64,000 bases of DNA. It comes from Escherichia coli (lineage in GTDB: Bacteria; Pseudomonadota; Gammaproteobacteria; Enterobacterales; Enterobacteriaceae). A model generated the notes under the pieces. That model saw nothing but the letters and a program-made list of their open reading frames with translations, searched no databases and had not been told where the DNA came from. The DNA is taken from NCBI RefSeq assembly GCF_041248615.1, contig NZ_CP158426.1. The stretch is one strand, 5' to 3'. This document shows, piece by piece, positions 1 to 10,513 of the stretch (position 1 is its first letter; each line of letters starts with the position of its first letter). The translations under genes and the position numbers were made by a program.

Positions 1-488
1 TCTTCATCGCACACCAGCCCGCCAGCAATCAGCGGTTGGCGGATTTTCTCCGTCACCCAGCCCAGCACTTTGGGCATACAGCCTGGCAGGATCTCAATAC
101 AATCCGGATTCGATTGCGCAACTTGCTTATCAATGTTGTGAAACGAAATTGAATCAACAATAAACAGGCGATGAATACAGAAAAAACCTTCCGCTCTTGC
201 TGCTTTCAGCATTGAGGCTTTGGTACTGATAATTCCGTCCGCCTCGGTCACCAGTTTCAAAAACTGAATCACCACTTCTTTATTTGACGCGCCTTCCAGC
301 AAATCAACATGAATAAAAGCATATTTTCCGGCATTTTTAATCTTTTTAACGATTTGACTAATGGTGCAGATATTGCCGTACAACACGGAAATAAACTGGC
401 ATTCAGAGTCGATTGCCAGTTGCAGGCTGGCATTATCTTTAACGGCAGCAATCACCGGATTCTGGCGGAGCAGGTGTAAGAGGGGCAT
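1..488 (-). CDS. ygcP: GlpP-like antiterminator-family protein, partial (start codon 488-486; C-terminus runs off the window edge)
   Basis: Hand translation of minus strand from ATG at 488 gives MPLLHLLRQNPVIAAVKDNASLQLAIDSECQF... with no stop to position 1; AAGGA RBS about 6 nt upstream; absent from ORF track because no stop lies in the window. Confidence 0.6.
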   Translation of the reverse strand, partial: MPLLHLLRQNPVIAAVKDNASLQLAIDSECQFISVLYGNICTISQIVKKIKNAGKYAFIHVDLLEGASNKEVVIQFLKLVTEADGIISTKASMLKAARAEGFFCIHRLFIVDSISFHNIDKQVAQSNPDCIEILPGCMPKVLGWVTEKIRQPLIAGGLVCDE

Positions 489-504
489 AAATTATCCTTA
501 TTAT

Positions 505-765
505 TTATCCAAAACGGTAGGTGATGCCGAATCCGGAAGGCGGATAGCGCCACTGTTGTAGTGTTGATTCGTCGCACAGCAAACGGCAGGTGCCACACTC
601 CAGGCAGCCGCGATAATCAACGCGTAAGTCACCTTCCGGTGTGAGCAAAAAAAGACCAGCCGGACAAGCGTTAATCAACCGTTGTACCGTCTGGCGCTCA
701 ACGGAGTCAGCCGGAACAATGTGCGGCGCATCGGCAACGCGCCAGAGATTACGGACTACAGACAT
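505..765 (-). CDS. ygcO: ferredoxin-like protein (FixX-like)
   Basis: ORF 505..801; CxxCxxCxxxC motif (CLECGTCRLLC); start trimmed to internal Met MSVVRN (86 aa), giving a 10-nt overlap with ygcN. Confidence 0.7.
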   Translation of the reverse strand: MSVVRNLWRVADAPHIVPADSVERQTVQRLINACPAGLFLLTPEGDLRVDYRGCLECGTCRLLCDESTLQQWRYPPSGFGITYRFG

Positions 766-2027
766 CGCAGACTCCTGATAACATCGCCCGCCAGATGCCA
801 CAGGCCGTGACGACGTAAATGACGCCAGAATAACTGGCGCAGCGGCGGAACAGGTTTATCACCCTGATCCCATAAATCACGGGAAATATCCTGCATTAAC
901 GCAGGCCACGCCCGATACCAGCCAGGTCGTTGCAAAAGCGCCGGAACATGCTGATAACGTTGTAGAACATCCCATAGCAGGCTGCGCTCGACGTTGTGAT
1001 GATAAAGCGCAAACAGATTTTGCGGCTCGCGGTGCTGGCAGGCGCTTATCAGCGTTTGTGCCGCCGCCTGCGCGCCAGTTAGCGCCATATCCATGCCGCG
1101 TACGGAAATTCCGGTATTGACGCAACTGCGCAACGCATCGCCCAGCAGCAGCCAGCCGTTACCGGCGTATTGCACCGGCATACTGTGCAAGCCACCTTCT
1201 GGCACCAGATGCGCACCATACTCCAGTGATTCCGTGTTTTTGATAAGCGGGCGCACTGCCGGATGCGTTTTAAAGCGAGCCAGCAGCTCGCTTGCCGGAA
1301 CACGACTTTGCGTAAGGGAAGAGAGCGGGCAAACAATCCCTAACGAGAGCGTTTGTTGATTAGTATAAAGAAATGCGCCGCCGGGTAAGTCATCACAGAT
1401 CCCGCCGCTGAACAGCAACGCTGCGCCTTCGTTATTCTCCAGATGAAAACGTTCTTCAATAGCGGATGTTTCCAGCGACAGCACTTCTTTGATCCCCAAC
1501 GCCATCGCTTCGCCAGCAGGACGAGTCACTAACCCGTGACGCTCAGCCAGGACGCTGTTGGCACCTTCTGCCAGCACCACATAACGGGCGCGGAGAATAT
1601 CGTCACCACAAATGACACCACACACCCTGCCGTTTACTTCATACAGCGCATCCACCGTCGCACCAGGGATGCATTCGACACCTTCTTTTTCGGCTTCGGC
1701 AACCAGCCACGGATCGAACCGTGCACGTAATACGCTCCAGGATTCACCGCCGGGCTGTAAGCTGGAAAACGTCGTTGCGCCATCCGGCGTTAACAGGGAA
1801 AGGCTTTCGTGAGTGATGCGTCGTTCAAGAGGCGCGGTCAGATGAAATTGTGGGAGGAGTTCCGCGAGCGCATGGGTGTATAAACGCCCGCCGGAAAGGT
1901 TTTTACTGCCGGGAATTTCAGCTCGTTCCAGTAACAGAACGGACAAACCTGCCCGCGCGCAGCGTAAAGCACAAGCGGTGCCTGCTATACCCGCACCAAT
2001 AATAATAATGTCGCAGTCGTCTTCCAT
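756..2027 (-). CDS. ygcN: FAD-dependent oxidoreductase (FixC-like)
   Basis: ORF 756..2057; N-terminal Rossmann motif IIIIGAGIAGT; start trimmed to MEDDCD (423 aa). Confidence 0.8.
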   Translation of the reverse strand: MEDDCDIIIIGAGIAGTACALRCARAGLSVLLLERAEIPGSKNLSGGRLYTHALAELLPQFHLTAPLERRITHESLSLLTPDGATTFSSLQPGGESWSVLRARFDPWLVAEAEKEGVECIPGATVDALYEVNGRVCGVICGDDILRARYVVLAEGANSVLAERHGLVTRPAGEAMALGIKEVLSLETSAIEERFHLENNEGAALLFSGGICDDLPGGAFLYTNQQTLSLGIVCPLSSLTQSRVPASELLARFKTHPAVRPLIKNTESLEYGAHLVPEGGLHSMPVQYAGNGWLLLGDALRSCVNTGISVRGMDMALTGAQAAAQTLISACQHREPQNLFALYHHNVERSLLWDVLQRYQHVPALLQRPGWYRAWPALMQDISRDLWDQGDKPVPPLRQLFWRHLRRHGLWHLAGDVIRSLRCL

Positions 2028-2104
2028 GTCGTGCCCCATATATCCAGAGCGCAACACCCTAACATAGCGTTACTTAAGGGAAATTGACCGCCGACACACT
2101 CTTA

Positions 2105-2470
2105 TCATTCGCCGCGATAGATGCAACCTGCGGTGCAGGTTTCTTTCACCATAACCGCACTTAACAGCGGAACAACCGGTTTAACCTGATCCCAAATCCA
2201 TTTTGCTAAAACCTCGCTGGTCGGGTTTTCCAGGCCAGGAATATCATTGAGATAATAGTGATCGAGGCGATCATAGGTTGGTTTAAATGCCGCTTTCAGT
2301 TCAGCGAAATCGATAATCCAGCCCGTATGCGGATCGACTTCCCCGGTAATTTCCAGTCGCACCATAAAGGAATGCCCGTGCAGGCGACCACATTTATGCC
2401 CTTCCGGGACGTGTGGTAAGCGGTGAGCGGCTTCGAAGGTGAAATCTTTAAATAACGTGGTGGACATCAT
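2105..2470 (-). CDS. queD: 6-carboxy-5,6,7,8-tetrahydropterin synthase
   Basis: ORF 2105..2554; QueD/PTPS-like sequence [35 protein letters not shown]; start trimmed to MMSTT at 2470 (121 aa). Confidence 0.85.
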   Translation of the reverse strand: MMSTTLFKDFTFEAAHRLPHVPEGHKCGRLHGHSFMVRLEITGEVDPHTGWIIDFAELKAAFKPTYDRLDHYYLNDIPGLENPTSEVLAKWIWDQVKPVVPLLSAVMVKETCTAGCIYRGE

Positions 2471-2785
2471 AATTTCTCTACAGGACGATAAAACCGCCGT
2501 AGAGTACCGGAAAGGCTGTTTTTTCGCATTATCTAAAACGACTTTGTTGCGCAAAATCGCTGATTTATCTTATTGATGGGCAATATTCATTTGTTTTTCA
2601 TTGGGTTGGTTAATCTATTTTGTTGTTAAAGACTATTGCTAAAACAGGTTAGTCGATTTGGTTATTAGTTATCGCTATCCCGTCTTTAATCCACACCGTT
2701 CACCCCGTTAACCTTATCTTCTCTTCTGTTTTATGGGCGCTGACAGGGCGCAGAAACAGCTTTGCTTACTGGAACATAACGACGC

Positions 2786-4585
2786 ATGACGACACAGGTC
2801 CCACCTTCCGCGTTGCTTCCGTTGAACCCGGAGCAACTGGCACGCCTTCAGGCGGCCACGACCGATTTAACTCCCACCCAGCTTGCTTGGGTTTCTGGCT
2901 ATTTCTGGGGCGTGCTCAACCAGCAGCCTTCTGCGCTTGCAGCGACGCCAGCGCCCGCCGCAGAAATGCCGGGTATAACTATTATCTCCGCTTCGCAAAC
3001 CGGCAATGCGCGCCGGGTTGCTGAAGCATTACGCGATGATTTATTGGCGGCAAAACTGAACGTTAAGCTGGTGAACGCGGGCGACTATAAATTCAAACAA
3101 ATCGCCAGCGAAAAACTGCTTATCGTGGTGACGTCAACGCAAGGGGAAGGGGAACCGCCGGAAGAAGCCGTCGCGCTGCATAAGTTCCTGTTCTCCAAAA
3201 AAGCGCCGAAGCTGGAAAACACCGCGTTTGCCGTGTTTAGCCTCGGCGATAGTTCTTATGAATTTTTCTGCCAGTCCGGGAAAGATTTTGACAGTAAGCT
3301 GGCGGAACTGGGCGGTGAACGCCTGCTCGACCGTGTCGATGCCGACGTTGAATACCAGGCTGCTGCCATCGAGTGGCGCGCCCGCGTGGTTGATATTCTG
3401 AAGTCCCGTGCGCCTGTCGCGGCACCTTCGCAATCCGTCGCTACTGGCGCGGTAAATGAAATTCACACCAGCCCGTACAGCAAAGACGCGCCGCTGGTGG
3501 CGAGCCTCTCTGTTAACCAGAAAATTACCGGGCGTAACTCTGAAAAAGACGTTCGCCATATCGAAATTGACTTAGGTGACTCGGGCCTGCGTTACCAGCC
3601 GGGTGACGCGCTGGGCGTCTGGTATCAGAACGATCCGGCACTGGTGAAAGAACTTGTCGAACTGCTGTGGCTGAAAGGTGATGAACCTGTCACCGTCGAG
3701 GGCAAAACGTTGCCTCTGAACGAAGCGCTACAGTGGCACTTCGAACTGACCGTCAACACCGCCAACATTGTTGAGAACTATGCCACGCTTACCCGCAGCG
3801 AAACGCTGCTGCCGCTGGTGGGCGATAAAGCGAAGTTACAGCATTACGCCGCGACCACGCCGATTGTCGACATGGTGCGTTTCTCTCCGGCGCAACTGGA
3901 TGCCGAAGCGCTGATTAATCTGCTGCGCCCGCTGACCCCGCGCCTGTATTCCATCGCCTCCTCACAGGCGGAAGTCGAGAACGAAGTACACGTCACCGTT
4001 GGCGTGGTGCGTTACGACGTGGAAGGCCGCGCCCGTGCCGGTGGTGCCTCCAGCTTCCTCGCGGACCGCGTGGAAGAAGAGGGCGAAGTCCGCGTATTTA
4101 TCGAACATAACGACAACTTCCGCCTGCCAGCCAACCCAGAAACCCCGGTGATTATGATTGGCCCAGGCACCGGCATCGCGCCGTTCCGAGCCTTTATGCA
4201 GCAGCGCGCCGCTGACGAAGCGCCGGGTAAAAACTGGCTGTTCTTTGGCAATCCGCACTTTACGGAAGATTTCCTCTACCAGGTGGAATGGCAGCGCTAC
4301 GTCAAAGAGGGCGTGCTGACGCGTATCGATCTTGCCTGGTCGCGCGATCAAAAAGAAAAAATTTACGTACAAGACAAACTGCGCGAACAGGGCGCGGAGC
4401 TGTGGCGCTGGATCAATGACGGTGCCCACATTTATGTCTGCGGCGACGCTAATCGCATGGCGAAAGACGTTGAGCAGGCACTTCTGGAAGTGATTGCCGA
4501 ATTTGGTGGCATGGACACCGAAGCGGCGGATGAATTTTTAAGTGAGCTGCGCGTAGAGCGCCGTTATCAGCGAGATGTCTACTAA
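2786..4585 (+). CDS. cysJ: sulfite reductase [NADPH] flavoprotein alpha subunit
   Basis: 599 aa; flavodoxin-like N-terminal region then FAD/NADPH-binding C-terminal region; matches my recollection of E. coli CysJ; stop overlaps cysI start. Confidence 0.95.
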   Translation: MTTQVPPSALLPLNPEQLARLQAATTDLTPTQLAWVSGYFWGVLNQQPSALAATPAPAAEMPGITIISASQTGNARRVAEALRDDLLAAKLNVKLVNAGDYKFKQIASEKLLIVVTSTQGEGEPPEEAVALHKFLFSKKAPKLENTAFAVFSLGDSSYEFFCQSGKDFDSKLAELGGERLLDRVDADVEYQAAAIEWRARVVDILKSRAPVAAPSQSVATGAVNEIHTSPYSKDAPLVASLSVNQKITGRNSEKDVRHIEIDLGDSGLRYQPGDALGVWYQNDPALVKELVELLWLKGDEPVTVEGKTLPLNEALQWHFELTVNTANIVENYATLTRSETLLPLVGDKAKLQHYAATTPIVDMVRFSPAQLDAEALINLLRPLTPRLYSIASSQAEVENEVHVTVGVVRYDVEGRARAGGASSFLADRVEEEGEVRVFIEHNDNFRLPANPETPVIMIGPGTGIAPFRAFMQQRAADEAPGKNWLFFGNPHFTEDFLYQVEWQRYVKEGVLTRIDLAWSRDQKEKIYVQDKLREQGAELWRWINDGAHIYVCGDANRMAKDVEQALLEVIAEFGGMDTEAADEFLSELRVERRYQRDVY

Positions 4586-6297
4586 TGAGCGAAAAACATC
4601 CAGGGCCTTTAGTGGTCGAAGGAAAACTGACAGACGCCGAGCGCATGAAGCTTGAAAGCAACTACCTGCGCGGCACCATTGCGGAAGATTTAAACGACGG
4701 TCTGACCGGCGGCTTTAAGGGCGACAACTTCCTGCTGATCCGCTTCCACGGCATGTATCAGCAGGATGACCGCGACATCCGCGCCGAACGTGCTGAACAG
4801 AAGCTGGAGCCGCGCCACGCGATGCTGTTGCGCTGCCGTCTGCCGGGTGGCGTGATCACCACCAAACAGTGGCAGGCGATAGACAAATTTGCCGGTGAAA
4901 ACACCATCTATGGCAGCATTCGCCTGACCAACCGTCAGACGTTCCAGTTCCACGGTATTCTGAAAAAGAACGTCAAACCTGCGCACCAGATGCTGCACTC
5001 GGTCGGTCTTGATGCGCTGGCGACTGCTAACGACATGAACCGTAACGTACTCTGCACCTCGAACCCTTACGAGTCGCAGCTACACGCGGAAGCGTATGAA
5101 TGGGCGAAGAAAATCTCTGAACATCTGCTGCCGCGTACCCGCGCGTATGCGGAGATCTGGCTCGATCAGGAAAAAGTCGCCACCACCGATGAAGAACCGA
5201 TCCTCGGTCAGACTTATTTGCCGCGTAAATTCAAAACCACGGTAGTGATCCCGCCGCAGAACGATATCGATCTGCATGCCAACGACATGAACTTCGTGGC
5301 AATCGCCGAAAACGGCAAGCTGGTGGGCTTTAACCTGCTGGTGGGCGGTGGGCTTTCCATCGAGCACGGCAACAAGAAAACCTACGCCCGCACGGCGAGT
5401 GAGTTTGGTTATCTGCCGCTGGAGCATACGCTGGCGGTGGCGGAAGCCGTCGTGACAACTCAGCGTGACTGGGGTAACCGAACCGATCGTAAAAATGCCA
5501 AAACCAAATACACGCTGGAGCGCGTAGGGGTTGAGACGTTTAAAGCAGAAGTGGAACGTCGCGCGGGAATCAAATTCGAGCCGATCCGCCCGTATGAGTT
5601 CACCGGACGCGGCGATCGTATTGGCTGGGTTAAAGGCATTGATGATAACTGGCACCTGACGCTGTTTATCGAAAATGGTCGCATCCTTGATTATCCGGGG
5701 CGTCCGCTGAAAACTGGCCTGCTGGAGATCGCGAAGATCCACAAAGGTGATTTCCGCATTACGGCGAACCAGAATCTGATCATCGCCGGTGTGCCGGAAA
5801 GCGAGAAAGCGAAGATCGAGAAGATCGCCAAAGAGAGCGGGTTAATGAATGCCGTCACGCCGCAGCGTGAAAACTCAATGGCCTGCGTGTCATTCCCGAC
5901 TTGCCCGCTGGCGATGGCCGAAGCCGAGCGTTTCCTGCCGTCTTTTATCGACAACATCGATAATTTAATGGCGAAACATGGTGTCAGCGATGAGCATATC
6001 GTGATGCGTGTAACAGGCTGCCCGAACGGTTGTGGTCGCGCGATGCTGGCGGAAGTGGGCCTGGTGGGTAAAGCGCCGGGTCGCTACAACCTGCATCTTG
6101 GCGGCAACCGCATTGGGACACGTATCCCACGGATGTATAAAGAAAACATCACCGAGCCGGAAATCCTGGCGTCGCTTGATGAACTGATAGGGCGCTGGGC
6201 GAAAGAGCGCGAAGCGGGTGAAGGCTTCGGCGACTTTACGGTGCGTGCGGGCATCATTCGCCCGGTGCTCGATCCGGCGCGCGATTTGTGGGATTAA
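4585..6297 (+). CDS. cysI: sulfite reductase hemoprotein beta subunit
   Basis: 570 aa; siroheme/4Fe-4S cysteine cluster region ([10 protein letters not shown] ... TGCPNGCGR); 1-nt overlap with cysJ. Confidence 0.95.
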   Translation: MSEKHPGPLVVEGKLTDAERMKLESNYLRGTIAEDLNDGLTGGFKGDNFLLIRFHGMYQQDDRDIRAERAEQKLEPRHAMLLRCRLPGGVITTKQWQAIDKFAGENTIYGSIRLTNRQTFQFHGILKKNVKPAHQMLHSVGLDALATANDMNRNVLCTSNPYESQLHAEAYEWAKKISEHLLPRTRAYAEIWLDQEKVATTDEEPILGQTYLPRKFKTTVVIPPQNDIDLHANDMNFVAIAENGKLVGFNLLVGGGLSIEHGNKKTYARTASEFGYLPLEHTLAVAEAVVTTQRDWGNRTDRKNAKTKYTLERVGVETFKAEVERRAGIKFEPIRPYEFTGRGDRIGWVKGIDDNWHLTLFIENGRILDYPGRPLKTGLLEIAKIHKGDFRITANQNLIIAGVPESEKAKIEKIAKESGLMNAVTPQRENSMACVSFPTCPLAMAEAERFLPSFIDNIDNLMAKHGVSDEHIVMRVTGCPNGCGRAMLAEVGLVGKAPGRYNLHLGGNRIGTRIPRMYKENITEPEILASLDELIGRWAKEREAGEGFGDFTVRAGIIRPVLDPARDLWD

Positions 6298-6370
6298 CCA
6301 TCAGCCCGGTCTTGTAGGCCCGATAAGACGCGTGAGCGTCGCATCAGGCAAGGCAAACAGTGAGGAATCT

Positions 6371-7105
6371 ATGTCCAAACTCGATCTAAACGCCCTGAAC
6401 GAACTGCCGAAGGTAGATCGCATTCTGGCGCTGGCAGAAACTAACGCCGAACTGGAAAAACTGGATGCTGAAGGCCGCGTTGCCTGGGCGCTGGATAATC
6501 TGCCCGGTGAATATGTACTTTCTTCCAGTTTCGGCATTCAGGCGGCGGTGAGCCTGCATCTGGTGAATCAGATTCACCCGGATATCCCGGTGATCCTCAC
6601 CGATACGGGTTATCTGTTCCCGGAAACCTACCGCTTTATTGACGAGTTAACGGACAAACTCAAGCTCAACCTGAAAGTGTACCGCGCTACCGAAAGCGCC
6701 GCCTGGCAGGAAGCGCGCTACGGCAAACTGTGGGAGCAGGGCGTTGAAGGCATTGAAAAGTACAATGACATCAACAAAGTCGAACCGATGAACCGGGCGC
6801 TGAAAGAACTGAATGCGCAAACCTGGTTTGCTGGCCTGCGCCGTGAACAATCCGGCAGCCGCGCCAATTTACCGGTGCTGGCAATTCAGCGTGGCGTATT
6901 TAAAGTGCTGCCGATTATCGACTGGGATAACCGAACTATTTATCAGTACCTGCAAAAACATGGCCTGAAATATCACCCATTATGGGATGAAGGATATTTA
7001 TCGGTCGGTGATACCCATACAACCCGTAAATGGGAACCCGGCATGGCGGAAGAAGAAACGCGTTTCTTTGGCTTAAAAAGAGAATGTGGGTTACACGAAG
7101 GGTAA
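6371..7105 (+). CDS. cysH: phosphoadenosine phosphosulfate (PAPS) reductase
   Basis: ORF 6218..7105 is 5'-over-extended; true start [15 protein letters not shown] at 6371 (244 aa), GAGG RBS upstream; C-terminal ECGLH motif. Confidence 0.9.
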   Translation: MSKLDLNALNELPKVDRILALAETNAELEKLDAEGRVAWALDNLPGEYVLSSSFGIQAAVSLHLVNQIHPDIPVILTDTGYLFPETYRFIDELTDKLKLNLKVYRATESAAWQEARYGKLWEQGVEGIEKYNDINKVEPMNRALKELNAQTWFAGLRREQSGSRANLPVLAIQRGVFKVLPIIDWDNRTIYQYLQKHGLKYHPLWDEGYLSVGDTHTTRKWEPGMAEEETRFFGLKRECGLHEG

Positions 7106-7122
7106 ATATTGCCGGATAAATT

Positions 7123-7161
7123 AAACGCCTCTGTCAGAAATGATGGGGGCGTTTTTATTTT
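7123..7161 (+). terminator. putative rho-independent terminator of cysJIH
   Basis: 7-bp stem AAACGCC/GGCGTTT followed by TTTTTATTTT, 18 nt after the cysH stop. Confidence 0.4.
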
Positions 7162-7369
7162 GCGAGCAGCATTCCTGATTTTAAACGTGAACGCCGCTGG
7201 AAGAATTATCAGGTATAGAATGGCGTTGGGTGCTTGAGGCTGTCTGGCGTTAAGCATTCGCGAGGTTCCAGATGGACAAAAGCCCCAGGCGATATTTCTA
7301 TCAACCTGAGGCCAGCGTTCGAACCTAAGCAATTCGAATGTTAGTCTCTTCTTTGCAGGGAGGCAAGAC

Positions 7370-7522
7370 ATGCTGACAAAATATGCCCTTGTGGCAATCA
7401 TCGTACTGTGTTGTACAGTACTGGGATTCACGCTGATGGTAGGCGACTCGTTGTGTGAGTTGAGTATCAGAGAACGTGGTATGGAGTTTAAGGCAGTTCT
7501 CGCTTACGAATCGAAGAAGTAG
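7370..7522 (+). CDS. hokX: Hok/Gef-family small membrane toxin (type I toxin-antitoxin)
   Basis: 50-aa [53 protein letters not shown]: hydrophobic helix plus conserved C-terminal Cys/Glu pattern typical of Hok; GGAGG RBS; below the 60-aa cutoff of the ORF track. Confidence 0.7.
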   Translation: MLTKYALVAIIVLCCTVLGFTLMVGDSLCELSIRERGMEFKAVLAYESKK

Positions 7523-7528
7523 CCACCA

Positions 7529-7548
7529 CGCGGGGGTAAAACCCCGCG
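7529..7548 (+). terminator. GC stem-loop at 3' end of the hokX transcript
   Basis: Perfect 7-bp stem CGCGGGG/CCCCGCG with 6-nt loop immediately after the hokX stop; no strong T-run, so it may be an mRNA-stability element rather than a terminator. Confidence 0.35.
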
Positions 7549-7555
7549 TATTGAA

Positions 7556-7716
7556 TTGTGATGGTTTGGTCTCCTGCACCCTTTTTTAATTTATATTGTT
7601 TATGTGAATATTATGCCTATGTTTATTATTTATATATATTACTGATGAAAATTATTTGATTATTCATAATGTAAATATTTTATTGAACGATATATATCAC
7701 AGATAATTTTTAATAT
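7556..7716 (+). promoter_or_regulatory. strongly AT-rich cas3 upstream/promoter region (candidate H-NS-silenced region)
   Basis: About 160 bp of very AT-rich sequence directly upstream of the cas3 ATG; promoter elements not individually resolved. Confidence 0.35.
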
Positions 7717-10416
7717 ATGCGTAAATATCCTTTAAGTTTACTGAAGGATAAAAATATTGTGACTTTTTTTGATTTCTGGGGAAAAACCCGACGCGGCGAG
7801 AAAGACGGGGGCGACGACTATCACCTTCTTTGCTGGCATTCGCTGGATGTAGCCGCGATGGGCTATTTAATGGTTAAAAGCAATTGCTTCGGACTGGCTG
7901 ACTATTTTCGTCAATTAGAGATTTCTGACAAGGAACAGGCGGCTCAATTTTTCGCCTGGTTGTTGTGCTGGCACGATACTGGTAAATTTGCCCGCTCATT
8001 TCAGCAACTTTACCTGCACCCGAAACTCAGGGTTCCGGAAGGTGCTAGAAAAAATTACGAAAAAATCTCTCATTCAACGCTGGGCTACTGGTTGTGGCAT
8101 CATTATTTAAGTGAATGTCAGGAGTTACTTCCTTCCTCTTCACTCTCTCCCCGCAAACTTACACGTGTAATAGCGATGTGGATGCCCATAACTACCGGGC
8201 ATCATGGTCGCCCGCCTGACCGTATTGATGAACTGGATAATTTTCTGCCTGAAGACAAAGCTGCCGCGCGAGATTTTCTTCTTGAAATCAAACCACTGTT
8301 TCCGCTCATAGAGATCCCCGCATTCTGGGATGATGATGAGGGCATTGAACTTATAAAACACCTTTCCTGGTATATCTCTGCAACCGTCGTGCTCGCAGAC
8401 TGGACGGGTTCGTCAACGCGATTTTTTCCACGCGTCGCACACCCAATGGATATTAAAGGTTACTGGCAGAAAACTTTAGTTCAGGCTCAAAACGCCTTAA
8501 CCGTCTTTCCTCTAAAAGCAAAAGTCGCGCCTTTCACCGGAATTAATACGCTGTTTCCTTTTATTGAGAATCCGACACCGTTACAGCAAAAGGTGCTGGA
8601 TCTGGATATCAGCCAGCCAGGGCCACAGTTATTTATTCTGGAAGATGTGACTGGCGCAGGTAAAACGGAAGCGGCGCTTATCCTGGCGCACAGGTTGATG
8701 GCTGCGGGTAAAGCGCAGAGTTTGTTTTTTGGCCTGCCAACAATGGCAACGGCCAATGCCATGTACGATCGACTGGTCAAAACCTGGCTTGCTTTCTATT
8801 CGCCAGAGTCCCGCCCCAGCCTGGTGCTGGCACACAGTGCCCGAACATTAATGGACCGCTTTAATGAATCACTCTGGTCCGGTGATTTAGTCGGGTCAGA
8901 AGAACCGGATGAACAAACGTTCAGTCAGGGATGTGCGGCCTGGTTTGCCGACAGTAACAAGAAGGCGCTACTGGCTGAAATTGGCGTCGGCACGCTGGAT
9001 CAGGCGATGATGGCGGTGATGCCGTTCAAACATAATAATGTGCGGCTTCTGGGACTGAGTAACAAAATCCTGCTGGCTGATGAGATCCATGCCTGTGACG
9101 CTTACATGTCATGCATTCTTGAAGGGCTGATCGAGCGGCAGGCGCGTGGCGGAAACAGCGTCATTTTGCTTTCTGCCACGTTATCTCAACAGCAGTGCGA
9201 CAAACTCGTTGCTGCCTTTGCGCGTGGTACAGAGGGCCAGCAAGAAGCTCCGTTCCTGGAAAAGGATGATTACCCCTGGCTGACGCACGTTACGAAATCC
9301 GATGTGCATTCACACCGGGTAGCGACGCGCAAAGACGTTGAGCGTAGCGTGAGCGTGGGTTGGCTTCATAGCGAACAAGAATGTATTGCGCGTATCGAAT
9401 CGGCAGTAAGTCAGGGGAAATGCATCGCCTGGATCCGGAATTCTGTCGATGACGCTATTAAGGTTTATCGTCAGTTGCTTGCCCGCGGCGTCATTCCTGC
9501 TTCCAGCCTTTCTCTTTTTCATAGCCGCTTTGCTTTTAGCGATCGCCAGCGAATTGAAACGGAAACGCTGGCACGCTTCGGTAAAAGTTGTAGTTTACAG
9601 AGATCATCACAAGTCATTGTTTGTACACAAGTAATTGAACAAAGTGTGGATATTGACCTGGACGAAATGATCTCCGACCTGGCCCCTGTTGATTTGCTGA
9701 TCCAGCGAGCGGGGCGATTACAGCGGCATATCCGCGATATTAATGGTCAGTTAAAGCGTGACGGAAAAGACGAGCGTTCTCCTCCTGAATTGCTGATTCT
9801 GGCCCCCGTCTGGGACGACTCTCCGGGTGATGAATGGTTTGGCAGAGCCATGCGTAACAGTGCATATGTCTACCCCGATCATGGGCGAATCTGGCTGACG
9901 CAGCGTGTGCTGCGTCAGCAAGGCGCTATTCAGATGCCACACTCAGCCCGGCTTCTGATTGAATCAGTCTACGGTGAGGACGTGGTAATGGCGGAAGGGT
10001 TTGCCCGCAGCGAGCAGGAGCAAGTGGGCAAATATTACTGCGATCGCGCAATGGCTAAAAAGTTTGTCCTGAACTTCAAGCCTGGCTATGCCGCCAATAT
10101 CAACGATTACCTTCCGGAAAAGCTGTCGACACGTCTGGCGGAGGAGTCTGTTTCCCTGTGGCTGGCTACCTGTATTGCCAGTGTGGTGAAGCCTTATGCC
10201 AACGGTGCTCACGCATGGGAAATGAGCGTTGTCAGAGTGCGTCGAAGCTGGTGGAAAAAACATCGGGATGAGTTTTCTTTACTGGAAGGGGAAGCGTTCA
10301 GGCAGTGGTGCATTGAACAGCGGAAAGATCCGGAGATGGCAAACGTGATTTTAGTTACCGATGACGAAAGTTGCGGGTATTCGGCTATGGAAGGATTGAC
10401 TGGCAAGGTTGGTTGA
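7717..10416 (+). CDS. cas3: Cas3 HD-nuclease/helicase, type I-E
   Basis: 899 aa; HD region near N-terminus (LCWHDTGKF), helicase Walker A (TGAGKTEAAL) and DEIH box (LLADEIHACD); position between cysH and cse1; N-terminus unlike K-12 YgcB as I recall it. Confidence 0.9.
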   Translation: MRKYPLSLLKDKNIVTFFDFWGKTRRGEKDGGDDYHLLCWHSLDVAAMGYLMVKSNCFGLADYFRQLEISDKEQAAQFFAWLLCWHDTGKFARSFQQLYLHPKLRVPEGARKNYEKISHSTLGYWLWHHYLSECQELLPSSSLSPRKLTRVIAMWMPITTGHHGRPPDRIDELDNFLPEDKAAARDFLLEIKPLFPLIEIPAFWDDDEGIELIKHLSWYISATVVLADWTGSSTRFFPRVAHPMDIKGYWQKTLVQAQNALTVFPLKAKVAPFTGINTLFPFIENPTPLQQKVLDLDISQPGPQLFILEDVTGAGKTEAALILAHRLMAAGKAQSLFFGLPTMATANAMYDRLVKTWLAFYSPESRPSLVLAHSARTLMDRFNESLWSGDLVGSEEPDEQTFSQGCAAWFADSNKKALLAEIGVGTLDQAMMAVMPFKHNNVRLLGLSNKILLADEIHACDAYMSCILEGLIERQARGGNSVILLSATLSQQQCDKLVAAFARGTEGQQEAPFLEKDDYPWLTHVTKSDVHSHRVATRKDVERSVSVGWLHSEQECIARIESAVSQGKCIAWIRNSVDDAIKVYRQLLARGVIPASSLSLFHSRFAFSDRQRIETETLARFGKSCSLQRSSQVIVCTQVIEQSVDIDLDEMISDLAPVDLLIQRAGRLQRHIRDINGQLKRDGKDERSPPELLILAPVWDDSPGDEWFGRAMRNSAYVYPDHGRIWLTQRVLRQQGAIQMPHSARLLIESVYGEDVVMAEGFARSEQEQVGKYYCDRAMAKKFVLNFKPGYAANINDYLPEKLSTRLAEESVSLWLATCIASVVKPYANGAHAWEMSVVRVRRSWWKKHRDEFSLLEGEAFRQWCIEQRKDPEMANVILVTDDESCGYSAMEGLTGKVG

Positions 10417-10513
10417 GATGCCTGCGACAGGGCTCTCTGAATAGTTGATACACCGAAAAGGATGGAATGATGGACAACCGACCTAGGATGGTCTTTTTTA
10501 CGAGAGGATGCGT

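Noticed and set aside
5080-5742. 220-aa minus-strand ORF
   Set aside because: Antisense inside cysI; no RBS or recognisable motifs.
6973-7579. Minus-strand ORFs of 152 and 84 aa spanning the cysH end and hokX
   Set aside because: They overlap the cysH 3' end and hokX on the opposite strand; no RBS; the Hok ORF on the plus strand explains this region better.
10417-10513. Possible terminator after cas3 (short GACC/GGTC stem plus TTTTTT)
   Set aside because: Stem is only 4 bp; more likely just the T-rich cse1 promoter region. Cannot tell from sequence whether cas3 is transcribed separately from the Cascade operon.
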